NCBI RefSeq assembly: GCF_009914755.1
Contig: NC_060947.1
DNA: 64,000 bases
Reading direction: 5' to 3' (one strand)
From: the human T2T-CHM13v2.0 reference genome, Homo sapiens
In this document: positions 1-14,479 of the stretch, piece after piece
Layout of the letters: each line of letters opens with the position of its first letter
Numbering within the stretch: position 1 is the stretch's first letter
The notes under the pieces: model-generated
What the model saw: the letters and a program-made list of their open reading frames with translations, nothing else
What the model was told of the DNA's origin: nothing
Databases searched by the model: none
Program-made: the position numbers and the translations under genes

Positions 1-24
1 AGGCGTCAGCCACCGCGCCCGGCC
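1..24 (-). mobile_element. Alu 5' end, cut by the window edge
   Basis: aggcgtcagccaccgcgcccggcc is the reverse complement of the Alu start. Confidence 0.9.
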
Positions 25-580
25 TTGCCACCATCTGATTTGCTGTCTTCTTTGATGAAGTGCCTGATCAGATCGTTTCCTCATTTTTTAATTGGGGCTG
101 TTTGTTTACTTATTATTGCATTTTAAGAGTTCTTTATATTTTTTAGATATATGTCCTAAATTTATCTGGTATGTAATTTGCAAATATTTTCTCCCAGTTG
201 GTGATTTGTCTTTTCATTCTCTTAACAGTGTTTTTGGTAGAGCAAAAGTTTTTCATTTTAATAAAGCCTAAACTGTCGATTTTTTTCTTTCATGAACCGT
301 GCTTTTGGTGTATCTAGAAATGTTTCACTGAACAAAAGTTCACATAGATTTTCTCCCATGTTTTCTTTTTAGAAACATTATAGTTTTGCGTTTTACATTT
401 AAGTCTGTGATACATTTTGAGTTAATTTTTGTGTGAAGTGTAAGATTTGAGACTGGGTTCATTTTTATTTTTTGCATATTGATGTTCAATTGTTCCAGCA
501 CCATTCATTGAAAACACTATCCTTACTTCCATTAATTGCCTTTGCACCGTTGTCAAAATTCAGTTGACTGTATCTTCTAT
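25..580 (-). mobile_element. Old L1M ORF2 3' fragment
   Basis: T-rich antisense L1 motifs such as ttgttccagcaccattcattgaaaa and tttgagttaatttttgtgtgaagtgtaag. Confidence 0.8.
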
Positions 581-728
581 TGTATCTTGTTAATTTTGAC
601 CCATCCTTCCATCCTGTCAAAATGGTTTCGGGTCTTCATTTTGTCAGTCAGTATATCTTCTATCCCAGAGTCAACAATAATTTAATAGGTATGTTCTCCA
701 ACAAATAATTAAGCAGCATGTTGAATAG

Positions 729-1162
<434 letters not shown>

Positions 1163-1564
1163 TCTGCTTTTTTTATAGTTATTCAAAATACACAAACAGC
1201 GATGGTATACATCCATATGCAGGATCTGACAGTTTCTAAAATCAGAAAGTACTCTGGAAGTATCTTCTCTTATAGCTGAGGTTTCAGTTGCTCTTGTCAA
1301 TGGAGTCTATTTTACCCTTTCCAATTTGCAAAGCTACGTAGCTCTCTTTTCTCCACATCATGGGTTACCATCCTGTCACATTCCTGTACTCCTTCCTCAT
1401 TTGTGTAGCATAGAAGATAACTAAAAACATTCCATTACTTACATTTCTAGATTTTATCTTCATTAACACTATCCTTTTGGGACAAGATCACCCTTATGAA
1501 TTTGACCTTGTTCTTGTATTCTTATTTTTACCTTTTAGAAAATATCTTTTAAAATTTGAACTCA

Positions 1565-1895
1565 GCAGACTAAAGAAAGACACATGACAATTAAATTAAT
1601 TGCATGATTCTGAACTGGATACTTTTGCTGTAGAGAAATCATTGGGACAATTGATGAAATATGAATGGGATCTGAGAATTAAATGATAGTAATGTGTTAG
1701 TGTTAATTTCATCATTTTGATGTTTTTATAGTCTGTATGTAGAATAATATCTTTGTTTTTAGGAAATACACACTTACATGTTCAGGGATGATGGGGCATT
1801 GTGTTAGCAATTTACTCAAAATATTCACAGAAAATATTCTTTGCACTGAACTTGCAACTTTTCTGAAATTTTGTGATCGTTTTGAAATTAAAATG
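1565..1895 (+). mobile_element. L1MC/L1ME 3' UTR fragment
   Basis: cattgggacaattgatgaaatatgaatgg...gttaatttc...tttaggaaatacacac resembles old L1 3' ends. Confidence 0.65.
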
Positions 1896-2398
1896 TCTTA
1901 ATGAATACAATTTTTAAATTCCACTAATCAGACAAAATTTAAGGATATCCACATTAGCTTCTTAGAATGCCCCCTCCCCCTTTCCCTCCCACAAAGAATT
2001 ATGCACAATCATGAAATTGGAAATTCATTTCCAGAGTCTCCCATCCCCTTCTATCCATATTCCCTTTTCGGCTTTCTATATAAGTTATACGTGTTTTTTT
2101 TCTTTGATTTTTGGAAATCTTTCCTTGTCTAATCATGTCAATGAATTTTCAAATGCCATGGCAATTCTTGTTCTCTCAAATTCCCTATACCTTCAATAAC
2201 CATCAATAGGTAAAATTAAGTCCAGCACAGTAGCTCCCCCCACGGCTTCCCCACCTACTAAGAAAAAAAAAATTACCAGGACAGATGGTAACATATTTTT
2301 CACATAGACTGGGTTTTGCATTCTTCCCTTTATCCTTACTCTTTACTGCGTTTTCCTCCCTCCTGACTGGGGCTTTTATATAGATATATATATTTCTA

Positions 2399-2749
<351 letters not shown>

Positions 2750-4199
2750 TCACATGATTTAGGAACTCTAAATACAGAGATTTACTTGAGTCAGAGAAGG
2801 TGTTATGAACCAGCCTGCTTAATCCAAGCAGATCTTTGAATCAAAGGACTACTTGGGATATTTTTGAGCAGGAGATTTTCTAAAACTTCTTACTTACCCT
2901 GAGTAAATATTCTCAGTAAGAACAACGCTTAGGACGACAATATTTCCCCATTCTTTCTTGGCTGTTTCTGAAGAAATAGCCACTTCTTATTAGGCCTATG
3001 GAAGTAGAAATGGAGCCATAGCTGGTCTTAGGTTCTCTCTCTCTCTCTTTTTCTCCTTATCTATTTCTATCACTTTCTCCATCCGTCTCTCCCATCTTCC
3101 CTACCATTTCTTACTATTTATGTATTCCTCAGAGTTCAAGAACCAAGGTGGGGCTCTTGCAATTACATTTAAGAATGTAATCTTTGCTATGTTTTGTTTT
3201 TTTTAAAAAAAAAAAAAAAAAAAAACCCAAAACATTGCAATTCCCATGTAGCTTCTGCTTTGAGTTTATTTTATGTCATAGAAGAATTATTTTAATATGC
3301 GTACTGAGAAGGAAAAACAAGTTCGAAACACTGAAAATAAAAATACACAAAAGGGTTTTGACATTGGGCATTACACAATGATCCAGGTTTCATAAAACTT
3401 AGAGTTGAACATGGGAATTACATGACCATTCTTCCAGAAAGTGAAATCCCATTATATCAGGCCTATATGTAATGATTGTTTCACAATAATAATGTGAGGT
3501 ATTAATCAAATTGGAAAGCCCTGACCAATGGCTTATAAAGCAATTCCCCCCTCATTTAACATCATCCAACTTTAAAATGCATTTGTATTTACTTCAGAGC
3601 CTTAAAAAAAAACCTACTGGTGGCTCCCTTTTATCTCTAAGGTATGCTGTGATGATACTTTTTTCCATATACGTAAAGCACGGAACTAAGCAACCATGTT
3701 TACAAGACAATAAAGAGAAAAAAATTGATAACAGTCACTTAAAAGAATCTTAACCACAATATGTTAACATTTAAAAGGGTGCCAGAGGGCAATAAGATAA
3801 TTCAAAAATAGTGAAGGAATAAGCTAAAAATAACCACTGTATAAAAATATGCACTGACTCAGTATAAATTAATAGATGACTACCCTTTTGATCCAAGCTG
3901 GAAAAACTTGCTTCTCAGGTACTTGTCATGAAATAGGAACATCCTATTGCATCTTTCAACCAATCTCTATTTCCTGAAAGCCTGACTTTCAAAATTGTTC
4001 TGACTGTCTCTCATGCCACTTTCCAGAAAGTGACAAATGTTAACCCTTTCCGTGCAATCACATGATTTTTGAATATGAGGGAGTAATCCGGCTGAGACAG
4101 AATACCAGATGTAAATTTAGGTTCTCTTCACAAAGGCTAAGGAGTTTATGATTCGCCTGGGTTTAAATTGGAAAGACGTACTGCCATGTCCAACAGAAA

Positions 4200-4575
4200 C
4201 TGCTAGCTGACAGCCATATCCATTGTTTCATCCTAGATGCCCAGCTAAATTATATTTCTCAGCTGTCCTTGCAGGTAGATGTGGCCATAGGCTGAACTTT
4301 ATCCAATAACATATGAGCAGAAGAGATACATGTCACTTCCAAGCTTGGCCCATAAAAGCCCTCCCACGTGTGATCCTCCATGTCCTGTTCCCTTTGCTGT
4401 GTGGTGTTGAAAGCTGAGCATGGAAGATGATGGAGCCACAGATGAAAGGAGCCCAGGCATCCCAATCATCACAAACAGCAAAACTGCCTGCTGCTGGGGA
4501 GCATTTCACTGGGTTAAGAAACTGAAAGTTGGAGCTTTCTCTTCCAGCAGCTGGCATCCTCTTAACTAATACACT
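4200..4575 (+). mobile_element. MLT1J-type solo LTR (ERVL-MaLR)
   Basis: ccttgcaggtagatgtggcca...cacttccaagcttggcccataaaag...ends taactaataca. Confidence 0.7.
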
Positions 4576-5689
4576 ACAGTTATCATCATTATTTGCAGAG
4601 GACCAAAGGCAGAGGCATCTCCCGTTACAGAGTTGTCACAATCACAATCTTTCCCACGGTAGAAATTGCCTGAGACTCCATCATTAGACAATGCCAGAGC
4701 AAGAGAAAGTTTTTCTTGTGCCGGCATCAAAGGAGTGAAGTGGAACTCTGCACCAAGGAAGGGGTCTCAACATGGGTAATTTGCCCTTCAGACAAGCCAA
4801 CAGGTCCATGCACCCAGGAGAGAATAAATGCTATACTAACTTCCCAAAATCAATGTATAATGCATGAATGTGTATAACTAAGATAATATATTTACTAGAA
4901 AGCAAATTATATATATATTTCTCTGTCTCTACATCTCTCAGTGTATATACATTCTTTACAATCTCTTCATTACTTCCTCTCACATGGTATAAAACTTTCA
5001 TTCACTCATTCTGCAAAATACTCATTAAGCAATTAGGAACTGGAAAATATTTCATCAGAAGTGACATATGAACCATTGCTTTCAGTTGTTGAATCAATTC
5101 ACTGAGAAAAAAAAATGAGCACTGCAAAATTCTTATGCATGAATCCCAGGCAAAAACTACATTTTATAAAGCAAAGCAAATTTTTGATATTCTGGCTCAG
5201 TGACAGACAGTCAAATATTTCTTTGTTTTTGAATGAGAAAAGTCAGTGACTGTATTCACAATCCACATACAATATCTAATACCTACAACTGGAAACAGAA
5301 GTTCTTTATTTCTGGTAGGAGTGGGTATCTGGGCCAAACATTACTTGAACCATCAAAGAATATTAATATTTGTCATGTGAGCATTAAGTGCTATAGGAAA
5401 AAACAAACACAAATCTGAGAGAGTTCCTGCCTTCAAGAGTCTACTATCTGACAGGGGCAAGAAAACAGAACAAGCTTCAGGCAAGATTTACCCACACAGG
5501 AAGCGTTAGAAAGAGATATAATCTAACCTGGACTTTGAACTATGGGTCTAAGTAGACACAGCGAAATGAGGACAATATTTCAAGAGGACAATGAAGTCTC
5601 ATGAGACCAAACTGGTTGATTTGTACAGAAAATGGTGCTGTCCTTGTTTTTGTACAAGAACATCCTGTTAGAGACAGTCCATATTTGTT

Positions 5690-5915
5690 CCCTCCTCTGT
5701 GGATGCACTACACTTGATTCTTGCCTCCATTAACTTGCCTTATTGCACTACACTGACATCATCCGTTTACCCCTCCCACTTGATCGTGAGCTCCCCAAAG
5801 GCAAGGACCGATTCTAGATCATGCTCATATTTATCTCCAGCATTTATCTCAGTGCGTAGAAAGAGCAGAGGCCCAGTAAATGCTATTGGCAAGAAGAGAT
5901 GGACGAAAGAATGAA
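5690..5915 (+). mobile_element. L2 3' end fragment
   Basis: gtgagctccccaaaggcaaggac...cagtaaatgctattg...gaatgaa. Confidence 0.6.
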
Positions 5916-6560
5916 AGACAAATATTTGCAGCCAGCTAGACACTCCCCTCCGCCGTCAATCACAGCAGTACAAGGCGCCAAGTAAACACAAAAATATCCT
6001 TCAGGATGGTCCAACCCTGGCGCTAAGATAGTGCTACAATGCCAGCACATTCTTCAATTCAAAGAGAACTGATTCCGCTAAATAGCTCAACTTACGTGCC
6101 TTCTAAAGTGTACTGAGTATTCCCAGATTTTCTTACCGAGATGTCTGTATATATGCCTTGGAAGCAAATCAGTATTGTTGACAATAATATCATAATTTCA
6201 TCCATTATGATTCTCTTGCTCTAATCACACTATTATTTTTTAAATCGAACTTCTGAGAACTATGTACTTAATGTAGACAGTTTATCTTATGAACTTACCT
6301 GCAGATAATAGACACAGTTCAATAATAGGTTCTAAAGAATTATACCGTATGATTTTAGTAATCAGTGCATTTGTTATCAGAATTTGTCATAGTTGCTCCA
6401 GCTAAATTACCTTTCAGACGTGGTACTTCATATATGGAGATGATCACCGGGGATGATTCTGGAGAACTCATTAGGACGCTCAAGTAGTTATCATGGTATC
6501 AAAACTGTCCCCCCAAAAGGAAAATTCTGCCATATGCCTTATATTCAAAACTAGAGTTTA

Positions 6561-7206
<646 letters not shown>

Positions 7207-7499
7207 CTACATTGGGGAGAAAAAAAATACTCAACTTTAATTATTTAATCAAATCAGTAGTTCAGATTTCTTCCAAATCTGAAGCAAAGGAAAATACAGA
7301 TTTAAGTTGGGTTATTGGGAACATAGCATTTTGCGACATGTTTAAAGTTTTCAGATTTGCTCTATATTAGTTTCTAAATTGAATAGTTGGCCTCCAGAGG
7401 AATACCAGAAGATTTAAGTAATGCTTTTTTCCAGGTTAAAAAAAAAAAATTTCTGTGGCTATATTAAAAGAAATAGCCTTGTTTCCCTAGAGCTAGCTT

Positions 7500-9150
7500 G
7501 TAAAAATGCATTTTTATGAACTCAACTGACTTTAAAAAATCTTATGAACATTATATTTTATTTCTCCAATTTCAAAGTTACTTCTCACATTATATATAAA
7601 CCACTTTTACTAGTTTTAACTAATGTAATGTTTTCATAATTTTTGATATTCTTTTTCAGTTTGAATAACTAACACATTTCCATGAATCGACACTATCTAC
7701 ATGCTTGTCATTTTAATGTTTGCATATCATTCTTTGTGTTGATGTACCATAGATTATTTTGTCCTTCTCAAACCAGTGGGTGTTTTTATCCAACAGGTAT
7801 GTTGGGTACATATTGAGCACCCTCTACCCTGTTCTGCTTCTCTCCTTTTTCTGTTTGTTGTATTACATTTTGAATGGCAAAAGGTATTTAATTTTATACA
7901 TTTAATTCGATCTGTAATCAAAATCTCCATTTCTTCAATAATCAGAAATGCATCTCCACTCTGAGTAGCATGGAAATATAATATGGCATTCCAAACCATT
8001 TTATGTTCCTTTATATTAACTCTTCATTACAACCGAAATTCATTGCAGTATACAGTTTGAGGTTTGGCTTGAGTTTACATTAATGAGTCTCCAAATTGCC
8101 TTCCAGTTTTCCCAACCAGATATGTTATATTTGTGTTCCTTCTCCCATAATTCACTAGCTTCTGGTTTTTCACATATATAATTCTTATAAGTTGTAAATG
8201 TACCTAAATAATATGGTTTACATATGGTTTATTAAGCATGTCACATAATCTCATATAATATCAATAGCTCTTTGTGTAAGGCAGAAAAACTCTTTTTTCC
8301 AAATGAAGAAACAAACGATTCAGAAAGATGAAATAAAATACCCAAAGTTATGCCAGAGTCATGATTCTTGTCCCAATTCAAAGTCTTTTCATTTCCTCAC
8401 CCTGATAAACATAGTAATTTGAATATTTTAGTAAGCTCTACTATCCTCTGCCATTCAGTTGTTTTATATATAACTCAATACCAGTCAGTTCTGTCTATTT
8501 AGAATATACTTTAAAGTTTGAATATATTTGTTAAGTCTGTTGGGACCAACCACCATCATTACATTTTTTTAAAATATGTATTAGTATTAGCCATGTATTC
8601 TTGCAGGTGAAAATCAGTATTGTTTCATTTAAAATTTATGAATTATCCTATGAAGATACCAATTAGATTATGTTATCTGTAAAATAGCTTGGAAAAATTT
8701 CCATCTCTACTGTAGTTATGATATACAACCTTATTTGTCCATGTTTTCCTTCATTCTTTCATAGTGTTTTATTTTATCGTGTAATAAATTCCATGTGCAC
8801 TAAATTGTATTACATCAAAATTATTTTAAAGGTATTGTGAATTGATTTTTTATTTATTGTATCTTCAAGTCATCCTTCATTAATATATCAGTGTGAATAT
8901 TTGTGAATTCTCATAACTTATTTGGTCAATATACTGGAAGAGTCTAAGCAGACAAGTTTTCTTAAAATTCGTAAAAAATGATTTGTTTTCCCTTTTATTG
9001 ATCTACCTTTAATGTTGCTTTTCTTTGCATGGGGCTATTGCCTACACTTCCAATGTTATGTCTAATGAGAGTTGTTTCAAATGGCAATCCCAAAGATCTC
9101 TCTTACAGTCAACTCCATTGTTTTTCATGTCATTTCTAGGTTTTAAATGC
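7500..9150 (-). mobile_element. Highly decayed L1M ORF2 region
   Basis: ORF 7754-7999(-) IKLNTFCHSKCNTTNRKRR aligns by eye to L1 ORF2 IKLKSFCTAKETTIRVNRQ; boundaries approximate. Confidence 0.55.
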
Positions 9151-9160
9151 AATCTGTGCA

Positions 9161-9496
<336 letters not shown>

Positions 9497-9605
9497 TTAA
9501 TAAGAGATGTTTTGTATGGTTTTTGGCATATACTAAAATAGTTACGTAATATTTTACATTTTAGTGTGTGATAAACTGCAAAGGTAAACCATAAATAATG
9601 CCGGG

Positions 9606-9715
9606 GTTCATTCATGTATTCATTCAACAAACTTTTGCTGAGCTCTGCTGTCAGCACTGGTGGAGATGCACCGGTGAAGTAAGCAGATGAAGTCTTTGCT
9701 CTTATCAAGCTCAAT
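9606..9715 (-). mobile_element. L2 3' end fragment
   Basis: ttcattcatgtattcattcaacaaacttttgctgagc. Confidence 0.65.
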
Positions 9716-10779
9716 TTTCACTGGAATTACGGTCAAAATGGAAAATGATTCTAATGTAATAACATTATGTATGCTAAAATTGTATTTAAGAATTCTGGAT
9801 CCACGGTAGGGAATAAAAGGGTTAACAGTGGATCTGTAATTTGACTCCTTTCACCTTAGGGATATTTTAATTGGTTTTGATCCCAACCAGACCTCTTTAT
9901 TAAAACACTGAAAGAATTTACTAGCTAGAAGATAAACTCCTCCAGATCTTATCTAAAGAGTTCTTTTCTCACAGTATACTTGATCTGTTTGGATTGTTTC
10001 TTCTAAATAACTAGTTTATGTATTAATGAGCTGACTGAAGAATGCAACCTAGGCCTTCTGGCTATATGGCTAGCAGAATACAAAAACAAGAGGCCCCAAA
10101 ACTAAGTGAATTTCTTGGGCTAACTTTTACCACTCACAGTTGTCCTTGTTATTCCACACCAACATACACTGACATGGAAAGGGGATTAGGAAGCTGCAGC
10201 TCATGGACCTGGAGCATTTCAATATCAATGTGCTGTTCACTGCGGCTTCTTTTGGGTATCCTTTGCTAATCATTGGCAAATCACAGTTCTGGGTAAGATC
10301 TCTGTCTTGTATAAATCTGATTGACAATTCACCTCTGTATGTAATCATAACTAAAACGTGTCATCCGGGTTTTTCCCAACTCCTGTCAGTAGATACAGCC
10401 CCGTATGCTTTCTAACCAAGAGGACGATAACAATTCAATTCAACAAACACATATTAAGTATCTGAGAATACATCAGGCACTGAGAATACAAAGACAAATC
10501 AATTATGTTTCTGGCCTCCATTCAATTATAGACCACTGAGTCAACAGACTCAGACCCTTGAATGCTGGAGAATGAAATTTGTCTTGCGGTTATGAGTTAG
10601 GTATGAGGTGTGCCTAAAATGAATGCTTGTGGTCAACACACTCACCAAACTGCAGTTTCCCTCAAAATCCAAATCCCACCACCACCAACGTCTTCACCAT
10701 TCATATAACAGAGGTTCTGGCATAATTTCTGTTTGTTTAACCCTTTTCCTTAATGAAACAGGAGTCTTGCTGGAGATAT

Positions 10780-11109
10780 TTTACAGAAGCTACCAGTGCC
10801 CAACTCTAGCCCCAGGGCTTCCCCGGGAGTTCTCCTAGGTGAGTTCCTACATAAACTGCATCCCATGTTTCCTGCCCGCAGGCATTCTTTGGTTGTAGAC
10901 GCCTGCTGGGCCTGCTCTGAGAGGACCCCCCAACTCCGGGTCTGAGCCCAATGGACCACAGGCTTTCTTCTATTTTATTGACTTTCCTCTTTTTCCCTCT
11001 CTTATTTCCCCAGTCTCTCACCATAGTTCTTCAGATCACCTTGCAAATAAATAATCTGCACATGTATCCTTATCTCTGGGTCTAATTTGGGAGAATCCAA
11101 AGTAAGACA
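10780..11109 (+). mobile_element. LTR16-family (ERVL) LTR, 3' part
   Basis: gatcaccttgcaaataaataatctgcac...tccttatctctgggtct...gagaatccaaagtaagaca terminus; 5' boundary uncertain. Confidence 0.6.
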
Positions 11110-12378
11110 ATAGGAATTTTTGCAATTTTCTTGCCTGTGTGCAGTCACTTCTCCCCAGGATTAGGTCCCACCCCAATCCCCTTAGCCAATATCCAAAGAT
11201 CTGTTAAAGTCGAGAGAAACAAACCGACCATAATATTCCCCTTGTTCTCGACAGAGTGGCTAATTTGGGTGTCTCTAATAGACTCATTTGCTGCAGCTTC
11301 TTTAGGCACTGCACATTAGACTAATGTTTAACAGATCAGACCATTTCTAAAGCCAGATGACGTCTTACAGCCCTGATACCACTATGTAAGTTTCTCTCAC
11401 TTACTCACCACAATAAGCTGCAGCCCTATATAACATAACATTTTCAGCAATGTATTGCTCATACCTGTCCATTGTTTGTCTCCTTCATTACATAATAGTC
11501 TTTTAAGAATGCAGACCATTTTGTATTCAGTGCCTGACACAGAGGCTTTCAAAAAATAGTCCACATATAAATGAATGAATAGCCAATATCCCACTAAAAT
11601 CTCCAAACACGGCGTCCAACAAGCTTTTCAACCTCAGCATATTAACAACCAAATTCATCATCTCCTCCGCCCTAAGCTGTCCGCTCTTTTGTTTGACTTC
11701 ATACTTCAGTGAATGGTATTTTCATTGTTTTTATCTCACTGATTTATGCTGAAAGTTTCTATAACACGCAAATTATGTATTCCTTAATGATTTGGTAGAA
11801 ATTTCATGCAAACTATATGGATCTGGTGGCTACTTTAGGGATAGATCTTTGACAAATTCTTCGTTTTTTTTCCTATGGATAGTAGTTGTACTGCATTACA
11901 TAGTATGCGATTTTTATATTTTTATTTGTGATTTATTTATTTTTTAATTAATTGAGCCACTGATGTATACATTTTGTCAATTTTGGTCATGAATTATCTA
12001 CTAGTTCTCAATCTCTTCATAGTTTTCTATTTTATGTATGTATTTCAGTGTAGTTTGTCCCTTTCCTTATTCTTTTATTTTTATTTTTTCTGTATTTTAT
12101 GTTATTTTTCTGTGTTTTCTGTGTTCTGAATTCATTGTTTTTGTATTTCTTATTCTCTTTTTATATTTCTTATCTTATTACTATGCATATTCAGAGAGAA
12201 AGGAATTTAACCGTACTTACTGATACACATTAATTTTGATGTTACATTTATGTTTTTTATTGCTATTATTGTACTGGATTTCCTTCTTGATCCAGAAATT
12301 ATTTAGAGAGCGCTCCATTTCCATGTGGATGTCCTGTGTTACAACTTTTAACATTTCTACTGATCTTAAAATGTAGTA

Positions 12379-12455
12379 TTGGTTTAGTGCAAAAATAATT
12401 GCAGTTTTTGCCATTGAAAGTAATGACAAAAACCACAATTACTTTTGTTATCTTA
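12379..12455. mobile_element. MADE1 (Hsmar1-derived MITE)
   Basis: Palindromic gtgcaaaaataattgcagtttttgccatt-gaaagt-aatgacaaaaaccacaattacttttg. Confidence 0.9.
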
Positions 12456-12482
12456 GTGTCTCTGTGTCCACATATGTGATTA

Positions 12483-12814
<332 letters not shown>

Positions 12815-13754
12815 TGATTATTCTCTATTTAAAAAATTTATGCAGACTTAACAATAAAATATATTATTCTACCCTAAAATAAAATTTTCTTTTTCTTTTT
12901 GCATGGTTAAATAATGTAATTTCTACTTCAAGTCTTTGTTTTCTTTATTTTTTTCTGAGAATAAACAGATCCCAATTATGGGGAAGGGTTCCTGAGAACC
13001 AGCATTAGAGGAATAATACTATACTGAGGTAGATTTGTGGGTGTAATATCAAGTGACGGGAAAGTGGATAAAAAATATGAATGTCAAAGAGGAAAGTGAC
13101 ACGTGAGCAGAGTAAACGTCTCTAATGACACTCAGAAATCTGTCCAGGTTTTTTATTTTTTTATTTTTTTAAATGTTTGTGGTACTATAGTTGTTACACG
13201 TGAATTCAACATTTTGGTTTGGGTTGTTTATCTTTTACTGTGATAATCAATTTGCTTGTAAAATTTACTTTCTCCAATACCAAAATAACAACTCTTAGCC
13301 TCATATTCTACATTAACGAACAGACCTTAGTGATCCAATTATTTTTTGTGTATAAATCCACATTCATCTTATATGTCTTGTTGTGATTTTGTATTTTAAT
13401 ATAGCTGTTGACCTTTCTTATTTGCATTTAATGTTATGATTGATTTTATATCATTCTCTATCACTCTGTGTTCATTTTTTGATGCTATTGACTTGCTCTT
13501 TGTATTCATGTTTCTCTAGATGACTTCAAAATGCGTACACTGAGCCAGAAAATAATTTGATCTACTTCTCTAACATCATTATATGCCACTAACATTTGTC
13601 TGAAACTTTAAGTTTCATACAGTATTTTTATAAAGCATTATTGTGTGCATATTAATCCAATTGCCTCCAATATTTCCTAATAGAAATAACAATTGCTATT
13701 CCCAGTACTTGCCCTGTCTTAATCTTGCATCTGAGCAACCAGAGAATATTACTA

Positions 13755-14320
<566 letters not shown>

Positions 14321-14479
14321 ACCAATTTCTTATATCTTTGTCATATATATATGACAAGCAATCCTGAATTGTTAATGTTGGGAATGCCATCTGCCATATT
14401 ATTCAAATATCAGAAGAGGCTCAAATGATCTCTGTTATACGTTGGCAATAATAGCAGGAGTTTCTTCCTAAATTTTAAC

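Noticed and set aside
1230-1531. Minus-strand frame with KNKVKFIRVIL and ANWKG as a possible TIR C-terminus
   Set aside because: Many stops, a weak acceptor, and motif spacing about twice that of real TIR domains.
7754-7999. ORF with GDAFLIIEEM...IKC that mimics Ig strands E-F
   Set aside because: Better explained as decayed L1 ORF2 (GKDF...IKLKSFC...K.T..R). It also shows how easily Ig-like motifs arise by chance here.
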